Source: Chloroflexota bacterium (GTDB taxonomy: Bacteria > Chloroflexota > UBA11872 > UBA12225 > JAJDUF01). Taken from it: a DNA stretch of 64,000 bases. The translations under genes were made by a program, and so were the position numbers. Shown here piece after piece: positions 10,646-19,930 of this stretch. Numbering within the stretch: position 1 is the stretch's first letter; each line of letters opens with the position of its first letter. The DNA lies in contig OZ250185.1 of assembly GCA_965238265.1 (NCBI GenBank), positions 4,217,497 to 4,281,496 on the forward strand, read 5' to 3'. Below the pieces are notes generated by a model. The model worked only from the letters and a program-made list of their open reading frames with translations. It searched no databases and was not told the DNA's origin.

Positions 10646-11839
10646 TTGGACTCGGCAAACGGCAGCGGCAGCGCACACCAGGGCAACGGGACGGCGACGG
10701 CAGCCCCGCCGGTGGTGGCCGTGGTGCGGACGCGCCCGGAAGCAGCGCTCGACGACATTGATCGCCTGATCGAGCTGGCGGGTGTCGAGCGCTCCTTGCA
10801 GCCGAGCCTGACAACCATCCTCAAGGACAACATCTCCTGGCACTTTCCGTTTCCGGGCGCGAATACGACCCCGTGGCAGCTTGAGGGAACCATCCGGGCG
10901 CTGCGCGCCCGGGGCTACGACCATCAGGTCTGTGTGCAGAACCGGACCGTCGTTACCGACGCCTTCAAGGGCGAGGACCTCAACGGTTACGTCCCCATTT
11001 TCGAGCACTACGGTATCCCGGTGCGCTACAACTTCAAGGATGAAGACATGCGCTGGGTGCGCTATGAGCCGCGCGCTCTGATGCGTGTGCTCCACGACAT
11101 CTACCCGGAGGGCATCTTCGTGCCCGACTACTTCATCGGAAAGAACATCGTCCACCTCCCTACGGTCAAGTGCCATATCTACACCACCACCACCGGAGCG
11201 ATGAAAAACGCCTTCGGTGGTCTCCTGAATACGAAGCGCCACTACACGCATAGCTGGATTCACGAAACGCTGGTAGACCTGCTCGCTATCCAGCAGGAGA
11301 TTCACCCCGGTATCTTTGCCGTGATGGATGGAACGACCGCCGGGGATGGGCCTGGCCCGCGGACGATGCGCCCCCGGCAGAAGGACCTGCTGCTGGCATC
11401 GGCGGATCAGGTGGCGATAGACGCCGTGGCGGCAAAGCTGATGGGCTTTGATCCGCTGTCCATTCCCTACATCCGCCTAGCGCACGAGCAAGGCTTGGGC
11501 TGTGGAGACGTGCGGCGCATTGTGCTCGTCGGGGATGACGTGAGCGCGGACCTGGAGCGCGGCTGGGGGTTCACCGTAGGCGATAATGCGGCGAGTATGA
11601 TCGGTGATCTGCTGTGGTTCAGCCCTCTGAAAGCACTCCAGCGCTTCTTTTTCCGCACCCCGCTGGTGCATCTGTTCATCATGGGATCAGAGGTATACCA
11701 CGACTATTATCGTTGGCCGGCACGCGACCGGGCCGTTTTCGAGGCGTGGCGGCGCGATTCACCCTGGGGAGCGCTGTTTACACGCTACCAACAGCAGGGC
11801 CATCTCGCCGACACGGAGCGGGTCCCGGCGGGCGTGTGA
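10646..11839 (+). CDS. DUF362 domain protein
   Basis: ILKDNISW, LPTVKCH, TGAMKN.FG, MDG..GDGP, DQVAIDA motifs; TTG start with SD. Confidence 0.8.
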   Translation: MDSANGSGSAHQGNGTATAAPPVVAVVRTRPEAALDDIDRLIELAGVERSLQPSLTTILKDNISWHFPFPGANTTPWQLEGTIRALRARGYDHQVCVQNRTVVTDAFKGEDLNGYVPIFEHYGIPVRYNFKDEDMRWVRYEPRALMRVLHDIYPEGIFVPDYFIGKNIVHLPTVKCHIYTTTTGAMKNAFGGLLNTKRHYTHSWIHETLVDLLAIQQEIHPGIFAVMDGTTAGDGPGPRTMRPRQKDLLLASADQVAIDAVAAKLMGFDPLSIPYIRLAHEQGLGCGDVRRIVLVGDDVSADLERGWGFTVGDNAASMIGDLLWFSPLKALQRFFFRTPLVHLFIMGSEVYHDYYRWPARDRAVFEAWRRDSPWGALFTRYQQQGHLADTERVPAGV

Positions 11840-12054
11840 GCCGGGGGATGATCCGGGTTAGGGCATGTCTGCAAAGTACCAGCCGGCAGAGGGCAAGTTC
11901 TCTCCCCTGTGCGTCAGCACGGGGGAGAGTGAGGGAGGGGGCCAGGCCGGGGAACGGCCCCCCTATGGCCCCCCCGCTCCGCAGGGGGACGTGGATTCCC
12001 GCGTTCGCGGGAATGACGTCCTAGACCATTTGCGAACGCGAGTGACTACTGGCT

Positions 12055-14463
12055 ATGCGACGATGGCGCCCTGATCCAGTCATCGTCCTCCTGACCCTGA
12101 TCGCCCTCGCGCTGCGGCTGTGGAACCTGCCGGGTCTCGGCGACCTGGAGTTCGACGAGATCGTCAGTACACGCTATGCCGTCTTGTCGCCGACTGCCCT
12201 CATCGCCAAGGTCGCGCAAGCGCCGTTCGAGCACCCGCCTCTGTTTTATCTGGTACTCGGCGCTTGGCAAAGCCTGTTCCGCGACCTGGTAGACGTTCGC
12301 ACTGCCGAAGCGCTGACGCGCGCCTTCTCGGCGCTCGTCGGCACGCTGCTGGTCCCGCTCGTCGCTGCGCTGGCCCGGCGTACCGGTGGACAGTCGGTCG
12401 GACGCTACGCTGCGCTCCTCGCTGCCGGCACGCCGCTGCTGGTGTTCTACGGGCGGGAAGTACGGATGTATGCCCCGCTCACGACGCTCGTCGCGCTGAA
12501 CCTCTGGCTCTGGTGGCGTGCCCTGGAGCGACCATCCGTTGCGCGCTGGGCGCTATTCGTCCTGGTGAGCTGGCTGGCGCTGTATACCCACTTGCTGGCG
12601 CTCGCCGTCCCGCTGGCATTGGCAGTGTGGCTGCTACTTGCTCGCTGGCGCGGGGTCATACTCCCGTGGCGCACGGCTGCCCTCGGCTGCCTCCTCGCGC
12701 TGCTTGGGCCGTTGCCCTGGGCACTGGCGGCGCCGGGAGTAGTGGCCAGCCTGCCAGCCGCCTCTGCCGCGCACCTGACCGGGGCTGCGGTCCTGGACGC
12801 TGCGCGCACGGCAGCGCTGGCGCTCGCCGTTGGCCCCGTTGCCGCTTGGACCTGGGGCATCGCCATTACCGCCGTCTGGCTGGCGCTCGTGGTACTGGGG
12901 CTGCGGTCACAGCCGGCGGACCGTCCCGGCGCAGTGGCCCTACTTGCAATCGGGCTGACCATCACGCTGCTCGGCGCCGGGGCAGTGCTAGTCATTGACA
13001 AGCCCTTCAGTCCCCGTTACGTGCTGAATGCACTGCCCTTTGCCGTGCTGCTGGCAGCGCGAGGGATGACGCTGTTGCAACGGCAGTGGGGACGGCGCGG
13101 CGCGGCGCTGGGGATTGTCCCCCTCGGCGTCGGCTTGGTCGCCTTCGGCGCCACGTACTACACCGGCTACACCCGTGCCGACTACAGTGCGATCACCACA
13201 CACATTGCGGCGCTGGAACGCCACGGCGACGTGGTGCTGCTCACGGGGCCGTGGCAGGCCTGGTACTTCGACCACTACTTCCGTGGGAAGCTGTTTCACC
13301 ACGTGCTGCCGACGACGGCCCCGCCGGCAGTGGATCAGGAGACTGTCGAGGCCATCCTCCCGGACCTCGCCTCGTCACACAAGCGGATCTGGCTCGTCCT
13401 GGCGGGGCTGGCTCAGAGCGATCCGCAGCGGCTCGTCGAGCGCTGGCTGCTGACCCATGCGTGGCAGGGGACCCGGCAGGCCTTCGACACTGGCGAGCTG
13501 AGTGTCTTCAAGCTCCATCCCCACCAGCTGGAGGCGTCGCTACGGCCGGCTCAGTTCGGTGCTACCATCGAGCTAACGGGTGGCCTGATGGAAGTACACG
13601 AGATCGTCAGCGGCGACGTGGCGCCGTTCATCCTCCGGTTTCGCGCCCGGCAGCAACTGGACCGCGACTACCGCGCGTCGTTGCGCTTGGTCGGCTGGGG
13701 CGGCCAGCGGCTAGCCAAGGACTTCGATCTCCGCACGGCTCCGCTGGCCGGAGAGCCGACGAGCCGTTGGGCACCCAACCAAGAGGTCGAGGTTCGCCAG
13801 GGTATTTGGCTGCCCGTTGGCCTCGCGCCGGGAACGTATGAGGTGCAGCTTGTCATCTACGACGGGGCCAGTTTGCAGCCCCTCGCTCCATCCTGGCCCG
13901 GCGACCCTGATTCGGGGGCGGCTGTCATTGGACTGCTCGATGTCACGATGCCGCTGATGCCCCGTTCGCTAGAGCCGGCTACCGCCTTGCAGCCCGTGCC
14001 GGCGACCATCACCGACGACTGGGACCATTTCTTGCTGGAAGGTATACGCACCCTCACCCCGGGGCCGTTTGCACCCGGCGACGTGCTGACGCTCGAAGTA
14101 GCGTGGCGTGCCGAGCGCTCCTACCGCGGCGATCACTTCGTGGAGTGGACGCTGGTGGATCGGAGCGGGGAGCAAGTCGGGCGCTGGGAACGACGTCCGC
14201 TGGCTTGGACGGTACCGACCGGGGCCTGGCGCTCCGCTGATCCGATCTTCGACCGTCACACGCTGCGCCTGCCGGCAGCATTGTCCCCGGGCACGTACCA
14301 CCTCCGGCTACGCCTGCGGCTCGATGGTGGTGGAGCGCTCCCGGTCCTTGGTGCTCCTGATGACTGGGTGCCGGTACTCTCCCTCGACGTGTTGCCGCCG
14401 CACGTGCGGCGGCGCCACTGGCTACGCGACCTCGTTGCGCCCCTGCGAGCCACGTTCCGCTGA
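12055..14463 (+). CDS. GT-C (PMT/GT39-like) membrane glycosyltransferase with C-terminal Ig-like domains
   Basis: FDE, HPPLFY, EVRMY, PRY motifs; multiple TM helices; two PG.Y.L beta-sandwich repeats. Confidence 0.8.
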   Translation: MRRWRPDPVIVLLTLIALALRLWNLPGLGDLEFDEIVSTRYAVLSPTALIAKVAQAPFEHPPLFYLVLGAWQSLFRDLVDVRTAEALTRAFSALVGTLLVPLVAALARRTGGQSVGRYAALLAAGTPLLVFYGREVRMYAPLTTLVALNLWLWWRALERPSVARWALFVLVSWLALYTHLLALAVPLALAVWLLLARWRGVILPWRTAALGCLLALLGPLPWALAAPGVVASLPAASAAHLTGAAVLDAARTAALALAVGPVAAWTWGIAITAVWLALVVLGLRSQPADRPGAVALLAIGLTITLLGAGAVLVIDKPFSPRYVLNALPFAVLLAARGMTLLQRQWGRRGAALGIVPLGVGLVAFGATYYTGYTRADYSAITTHIAALERHGDVVLLTGPWQAWYFDHYFRGKLFHHVLPTTAPPAVDQETVEAILPDLASSHKRIWLVLAGLAQSDPQRLVERWLLTHAWQGTRQAFDTGELSVFKLHPHQLEASLRPAQFGATIELTGGLMEVHEIVSGDVAPFILRFRARQQLDRDYRASLRLVGWGGQRLAKDFDLRTAPLAGEPTSRWAPNQEVEVRQGIWLPVGLAPGTYEVQLVIYDGASLQPLAPSWPGDPDSGAAVIGLLDVTMPLMPRSLEPATALQPVPATITDDWDHFLLEGIRTLTPGPFAPGDVLTLEVAWRAERSYRGDHFVEWTLVDRSGEQVGRWERRPLAWTVPTGAWRSADPIFDRHTLRLPAALSPGTYHLRLRLRLDGGGALPVLGAPDDWVPVLSLDVLPPHVRRRHWLRDLVAPLRATFR

Positions 14464-14500
14464 GGGGCTAACCGGTGGTGCGTTGGGCCGTGCGCGGCTG

Positions 14501-14803
14501 CTATGGATGCGAGTCTGATGGGACAGTGGTGGGTACGCGAGCGTCCGTGGCGATGGCGGCCAATCCTGCCTGCAAATCCTGCCGCAACTCGGCTTCAGAG
14601 ATGTCGCCGTTACGCAATTCGGCCAAGCTGAGGGTGATCGTCCCTAGCAACTGAGTTGCTGGCGCGGAAGGAGGCAGGGTTGGCAGTATGCTGACGTGCT
14701 GGAGTGCCGCGTCTTCGAGGGTGCCGAGGTCAATCTTGCCATGCAGATAGCGTCTCGTTGCTAACAGCACTGCCTCGGTGAGGTAACTCGTGTCTGTGTC
14801 CAT
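14501..14803 (-). CDS. Small helical hypothetical protein, paralog of 16818-17120
   Basis: Shares YL..xIDL..LED.A.QH...LPP.A...QLLG.I.LSLAEL.NGDI.E.ELRQDL with the second copy. Confidence 0.7.
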   Translation of the reverse strand: MDTDTSYLTEAVLLATRRYLHGKIDLGTLEDAALQHVSILPTLPPSAPATQLLGTITLSLAELRNGDISEAELRQDLQAGLAAIATDARVPTTVPSDSHP

Positions 14804-14845
14804 AACTGACCCTTCTTGGCCACGCCCGCGCCAGGGTTAAGAGGG

Positions 14846-16687
14846 CTAGTTCAGATTAGATTCTTGGTGCGGCGTGCCGAGGCGGTCTCGATGACGATTA
14901 TAGAGCCAGAGCACGAGCGCCAACGTAGCCACCAACGCCGGTGGGCCGAGGTTATTCACCGAACCGATCAGTGGAAAGTCGTTCCACCATTTTGCCGTGC
15001 GAGCCGCTAGTAACTCGGCATCAATACAGAGCGTGGCGAAAGCAAACGCACCGAGGGCCAGGATCGGGGCGTGTGCCGGTCGAGGCAACGCGGCGCGGAC
15101 TGCCGGGTGGAGGAGAGCGGTCAATCCGACGAGCGCGGTGGTCGCGTAGTGGAGCCAGGTCAGCGGCGATAGGGTGAGCGAGAGTGCCAGGGCTAACCCG
15201 AACTCCAGCGTCTTGCCGATACGGTCACTGTCCGGTCGGTCGCGCTGCACGAGGCGCAGTAGCAACCACGCGCCACCAACCAAGGCCACGTAGTTGAGTG
15301 CCTGGGCTAGGGGCAAGTACGGCAGGGGCGCTGGCGAAGCGTAGGCGTGGGCAGTGAGGAAGAGGCGCGCGTGAAGCGAAGGCAAGCCGATGCTGGTAAA
15401 GAGCGCGGCCCCGCGCAGGAGTAACAGCGCTTGTTCCGTCAGCCATACGCGCCACGGCTCGATCCCGCCTATTGCAGCGGACACCACAATCGTACCCAAG
15501 CCGACTACGCCAATGGCGATCAGGATTCGTAGCGAGCGACGGACCAGGAAGTAGGCCAGCAGCCAGATCGTCGTTGGCTTGAGCGTCAGCGCCGCGGCGA
15601 TGGCGGCGGCCAGCGGCCACGTGTGACCGGCGAGAAACCAACGCAGCCCCAGCACTACCAGGAGGAGAATGAAGCCGTTCGGTTGGCCCAGCCAAATGGC
15701 CTCCCGCCAGGGCACAAAGAGCGAGACGAGGAACAGGAGCACAAGACCGAGTTCCAGTGGCCGCAGCCCTGGCGCGTGGCGACGGAACAGGAGCACGGCG
15801 GCCGCGAGGAAGGCTGCGTAGTGGGCGAAGAAGTGGACATAGAGGCCAACCTGGGCAGGTAGCAAGGTCCAAGGCCCCCAGAACAGCACAAACGTTGACG
15901 GCGGCACGTTGATCCGCTGCCAGACGGGACGCCCCAGGTCGTAAGGCAAGCGATCCTCGTGCAGCATGATCGAGGCGGCGCGGCGATGGCTCAGAAACTC
16001 GCCCTGCGTCATGCTGAACTGATCCAGAATGCCCCAGTTGAACAGGACCGTCAGGCCGGCGGCCAGCACAATGGCTGCCCACACCGGGGGCAAGCGGAAT
16101 GGTTGCGACACGCTCTCCTTTGGAGCCGGCACGTCTGGAACCGACACGGCGCCGGGACGACCCGCCAGCATGACCCCGACCAGTACGCCGGCCTCTAGCA
16201 GCACGCACCACGCCAGCAGGTAGAGACCGAAGTCCTTGGCCGTGTGCGCCGTGAAGAGGAGGTCGTGCGCCGTGCGCCCGGACTGGATGATCGAGAGCAC
16301 CACGGGGACGCACGCCAAGCAAGGAAACCATGGGAGCGAGGCGATCTGGAGCGCTGCCCGACGACTGACGCGCGGCCCCCGTGTCTCCACGAGCGTCGCC
16401 GCGGCCAGGAGGCTCCCCACCCCGACGGCCCAGGTGAGGGCCGCCAGGCCGGGGAGCGCGATGAGCCGCCAGGCCCGCGCGGCATCACCGAGCGGTCCAG
16501 CCGCGCCCCACCAACCGAGGACCACGCCAGCCGTAGCGATACCGAGCAGGGCGGCTGCTAACTCGGGCGAGGCCCCCCGGTCTCGTGCATGCCGGCTCCA
16601 GTCACGAAGCTGCGACCACCGCGAGGGAGCGCCGTCTTGAGGAAGGGGTACTGGAACCGCAGGAGGGGAGGAAGTTACCTGCTCCAT
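14846..16687 (-). CDS. GT87/DUF2029-like membrane glycosyltransferase
   Basis: LPYD, NVPP, LGQPN, TLKP, SPLTWLHY motifs; start placed at the ATG 8 nt after a TATACT box. Confidence 0.75.
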   Translation of the reverse strand: MEQVTSSPPAVPVPLPQDGAPSRWSQLRDWSRHARDRGASPELAAALLGIATAGVVLGWWGAAGPLGDAARAWRLIALPGLAALTWAVGVGSLLAAATLVETRGPRVSRRAALQIASLPWFPCLACVPVVLSIIQSGRTAHDLLFTAHTAKDFGLYLLAWCVLLEAGVLVGVMLAGRPGAVSVPDVPAPKESVSQPFRLPPVWAAIVLAAGLTVLFNWGILDQFSMTQGEFLSHRRAASIMLHEDRLPYDLGRPVWQRINVPPSTFVLFWGPWTLLPAQVGLYVHFFAHYAAFLAAAVLLFRRHAPGLRPLELGLVLLFLVSLFVPWREAIWLGQPNGFILLLVVLGLRWFLAGHTWPLAAAIAAALTLKPTTIWLLAYFLVRRSLRILIAIGVVGLGTIVVSAAIGGIEPWRVWLTEQALLLLRGAALFTSIGLPSLHARLFLTAHAYASPAPLPYLPLAQALNYVALVGGAWLLLRLVQRDRPDSDRIGKTLEFGLALALSLTLSPLTWLHYATTALVGLTALLHPAVRAALPRPAHAPILALGAFAFATLCIDAELLAARTAKWWNDFPLIGSVNNLGPPALVATLALVLWLYNRHRDRLGTPHQESNLN

Positions 16688-16817
16688 CGGCTCGGAGTAT
16701 AGCACCAGGCAGCGGCAGCGTTGCCGCACTGCTTGCGGCCGGACAAGAGTCTCACGAAGCTAGGCGTCGCCGCCAGGTTGGTGACACCGAGGCCGGAGAA
16801 GCCCTCCGCGGAGGCTC

Positions 16818-17120
16818 CTACGCTGGTGGCCACGCCCCGGACGATGCGGCGGTCGCTTGTTGCAGAGCCGCCGACACAGAGTCAAGCTCTTCCCGCAAGT
16901 CTTGCCTTAACTCAGGCTCGGTGATGTCGCCGTTGCTCAACTCCGCCAGGCTTAACTCAATCGCACCGAGCAGTTGCACTACGGTAGCATTCGGAGGAAG
17001 AGATGCCGGGAGATGAATGTGCTGGGCTGCACTGTCTTCCAACGCCGCCAGGTCAATCTCGTTCCGGAGATACTGGCGCACAGCGTCAAGCACTGCCGTA
17101 GTAGCAGCCGTGAGATCCAT
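16818..17120 (-). CDS. Small helical hypothetical protein, paralog of 14501-14803
   Basis: MDLTAATTAVLDAVRQYLRNEIDL aligns with the other copy from its first Met. Confidence 0.7.
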   Translation of the reverse strand: MDLTAATTAVLDAVRQYLRNEIDLAALEDSAAQHIHLPASLPPNATVVQLLGAIELSLAELSNGDITEPELRQDLREELDSVSAALQQATAASSGAWPPA

Positions 17121-17460
17121 GTTTTCTGCCGGCCCTATCCGACCATCTGCGGTCCGGTGGCTGGATACGTCAAGTATACGACAGCTCTTCAATACCCTGC
17201 ACATCTGGGAAAGAGTTGAGGCTGGGGAATTGGAGATCAGAGTCCGTAAGGATCGCTTATGTAGACAGACCTTTGAGCCGGCCGGTACGCGCAGCCAGAT
17301 ACTCTGGATAGTGCAGCAAGGCTACGCGGTAGCGCTAGTACATGTCTACTTGCGGCCGGATGGCTCGCTTGGTGGGAGCGGCCGGCCCGATCCAAAGGTG
17401 GTCATTCATCATGGTGTCGAGTTTCGCACCCGAGCGAGAGGCTCTACTTCCCACAAATAG
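17119..17460 (+). CDS. Hypothetical protein, start uncertain
   Basis: Globular-looking sequence IRQLFN...GTRSQ...VALVHVYLRPDGSLGGSGRPDPK in an AT-richer patch; no convincing opposite-strand gene. Confidence 0.55.
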   Translation: MFSAGPIRPSAVRWLDTSSIRQLFNTLHIWERVEAGELEIRVRKDRLCRQTFEPAGTRSQILWIVQQGYAVALVHVYLRPDGSLGGSGRPDPKVVIHHGVEFRTRARGSTSHK

Positions 17461-17650
17461 GTATTGAACCGCGCGGCAGCATCGCGCCGTCGCCTGCTGC
17501 AGATCCACCGACACAGACTGCCCGTTTGTCCTCGGTATCATCCTGAATGATGGCAAAGCCCTCGTTGCCCAGGGCAGCCAGCAGCCGTCGAGCGTCTGCT
17601 CGGCCCTTGAGCCAATCCACCACCCGATCCGTGTCGACAAGATACTTCAT
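17444..17650 (-). pseudogene. Truncated PIN/VapC toxin
   Basis: MKYLVDTD..VDWLKG is a PIN N-terminus; similarity is lost after about 34 aa; ATGA overlap with the antitoxin. Confidence 0.7.
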
Positions 17651-17940
17651 AGCTCTACCGGCGGCCGGGTGGAGCGTTTTCGCTGCTCGTAAATCTCCTT
17701 GATGAGCTTGTCGGTGTCCACATCCTTCCAAGCTCCGAACGAGGACAGAAATGCCTCGTAGTCGGCCTTACTCTTGGCCCGACGCTGGCGCGGCGCGGCC
17801 TCCGGAGCCGGCTGGAGCAAGACCGCAGTGCCGTCGCGCTCGACCACCACGACCTCCTGATCGCAGACAACGCGCTCGAAGACCGCGCTGAGGTTAGCGG
17901 CGAATTCGTCGAACGAGATGTGCTTTTCCAATTTGCTCAT
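17647..17940 (-). CDS. Phd/YefM-like antitoxin
   Basis: ISFDEFAANLSAVFERV...EVVVVERDG..VLLQP; coupled to the PIN remnant. Confidence 0.7.
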   Translation of the reverse strand: MSKLEKHISFDEFAANLSAVFERVVCDQEVVVVERDGTAVLLQPAPEAAPRQRRAKSKADYEAFLSSFGAWKDVDTDKLIKEIYEQRKRSTRPPVEL

Positions 17941-17974
17941 GTCCTGCGTCCCTTCGAGTGCAGTGTAGCACCCT

Positions 17975-18390
17975 TGAGCAGACACCTTGTCTGCAAGCAG
18001 TTGGCGGGGCCAACTCGTGTGTCCGGCGGGCGGATCGCTGCAGGCGATGGCCACCAGATGCGCTTCCGGCCGGCCGGCCAACTTGCGCCGCGGGCCCGGC
18101 CGCGGTCGCTCATCGAGGGCGCTGGTCAGTCCCGCGGTCACGAACCGGGTCCGCCCGCTGGCCACCGTACGAGGGCTGATCGCAAGCGCAGCGGCTAGCG
18201 CTCGGTTCACCAAACCGGCGGCGGCTTTCAACAGCGCCAGGGCCCGCTTGACCGTGCGGGCGGACGACTTGCCACGGGGGGGGGGGGCCTCTCAGCCAGA
18301 CGAGCACGTTCGGGGGCGGTCAGCTTGACTTTGTATTTGCGAGCAGGCCTGTCCGGAGAGCTCCGCGCTGCAAGATCATGCCGGCGGCTA
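17975..18390 (-). mobile_element. IS630-family remnant (HTH part only, frameshifted)
   Basis: PARKYKVKLT..ER, RFV..GL..AL.ERPRPG..RKL, EAHLVAIACSDPP.G..SW..QLLADK. Confidence 0.8.
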
Positions 18391-18506
18391 ATCGCTTGCT
18401 CATACAATGACACAACCACCTGGATACAGTACTAGCTATTGGTACAGAACACAGTTGTAGAGGGTACTCTTCTGTGGCGGTTACAATGTCTTCTCGCCAG
18501 CGACCG

Positions 18507-19820
18507 TCAGCCGCCGACTTGCTCCGGCTGCTCCACGTCATGCCTGGCGCCGCGCCGCGCCCACAGCCACTGCACTAGCTCGACAACTCCCGCCGCCGCG
18601 AATAAGAGCAAGATCGGCTCGATACGCATTCGCAGGCGAATGCCGGCGAAGACGAGGATGCCACTCGCGCTCCCCATGACCACCCACAATAGCAGCGGCC
18701 AAGTCTGCGGCCAGCGGCGTAAGCTGAGTAGGGCACCAATAACCATGAAGGGAATGAGCACCCCATAGGACAGCAGACTGACCAGGGCATAGCGCCGGTT
18801 GATCTCGTTGCTGGGCGTCAACTTGAACAGCAGCCCGGCCTTGGCCACCATGAACCGCACTGTCCGTGCCGGATCGTTGGCCATAAAGCCCAGCCCCTCG
18901 CTCAACAGGCGATCCTCGCGCTCTGGTTCCGACAGACCGGTCAAGTCCGGCAGTGGAATATCGTCGCTACGCACGCGCTGATCGGCTGTCATGCGGGGGT
19001 GGTAATACTTGTAGAGGTTGTAGCCGAGCTTGGTGGTGACAAAGAGGCGGTCGAACCGGGCGTAGTTGAACCCGACCCAGGGCGACAACGTGGCCGCAAA
19101 CACCGCCACGAGCGCGATGAGCGAGATGAGCTGCGCTCGTAGGGGCGCAACATGTTGCGCCCCTACATGCAAGGGTACCGACCACCAGGCCAGCACAACG
19201 ACCAGGATAACTGCGAAGTACAGCGCCTCGGCGCGGGCGAGCACCGTCAGTCCGGCGCTGATGCCCAGCGTGAGGACCGCTAGTGTGCCACTGATACGCT
19301 GCTGCGCTACGGCGCGAGCGAGCGTCAGGAGGATCAGCAGGAGGAAGACAAAGAGTGTTTCGGTCAGTATCTGCCCGGTGTAATAGATGAAGAAGGGGTA
19401 GATGGCGGCAAACCCGGCGCCAAGCAGCGCAATCCGCGGGCCAAAGATGGAGCGTCCGAGCACGTACAGCAGGCCGCAAGAGGCCGTGCCCAGCACTACT
19501 TGGACCAAACGCACCGCGAGGAAGTCGTGGCCCACCAGCGCGTAGATGCCGGCGAGGAATAGCGGGTAGAGCGGGTCCCAGAGCGCCGTGGGGTGCTCGG
19601 TGCCGGCGGGAAAGTAAAAGCTGGCCCCGACGTAAGGCCGGCCGGCCAGTAGATTGCGGGCCAGTTGATCGTAGGTAAGCGGATCGGCTTCAAAGGTGAC
19701 GTTGAGCGTGTTCCCCAGCGTCAGGACGTAACCGAGCCGCACCGCGCCAGCCACTACCAACACCAGCGCCAGTGCTGGCCAGGCTGTGTCGAGGAGCTTC
19801 GTGAGCCGCGCTTGTGACAT
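18507..19820 (-). CDS. GT-C (ArnT/GT39-like) membrane glycosyltransferase
   Basis: D...YDQLARNL, P.YPLFLA, ILTETL, PW...NY, R.R..IEP motifs; many TM helices. Confidence 0.8.
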   Translation of the reverse strand: MSQARLTKLLDTAWPALALVLVVAGAVRLGYVLTLGNTLNVTFEADPLTYDQLARNLLAGRPYVGASFYFPAGTEHPTALWDPLYPLFLAGIYALVGHDFLAVRLVQVVLGTASCGLLYVLGRSIFGPRIALLGAGFAAIYPFFIYYTGQILTETLFVFLLLILLTLARAVAQQRISGTLAVLTLGISAGLTVLARAEALYFAVILVVVLAWWSVPLHVGAQHVAPLRAQLISLIALVAVFAATLSPWVGFNYARFDRLFVTTKLGYNLYKYYHPRMTADQRVRSDDIPLPDLTGLSEPEREDRLLSEGLGFMANDPARTVRFMVAKAGLLFKLTPSNEINRRYALVSLLSYGVLIPFMVIGALLSLRRWPQTWPLLLWVVMGSASGILVFAGIRLRMRIEPILLLFAAAGVVELVQWLWARRGARHDVEQPEQVGG

Positions 19821-19930
19821 TGCTTGTTCCCCTCACCGCAACCCTCTTCCCCTAGAAGAGGGAGCCGGCCGGCAGACCAACGGCAGTAGATGTAACCTCT
19901 CAGTGCCGCTGCACCGGACAGCTAGTGCCC

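Noticed and set aside
17647-18231. 194-aa ORF as a single protein
   Set aside because: An IS630 remnant happens to be in frame with the antitoxin, which has its own ATG at 17940
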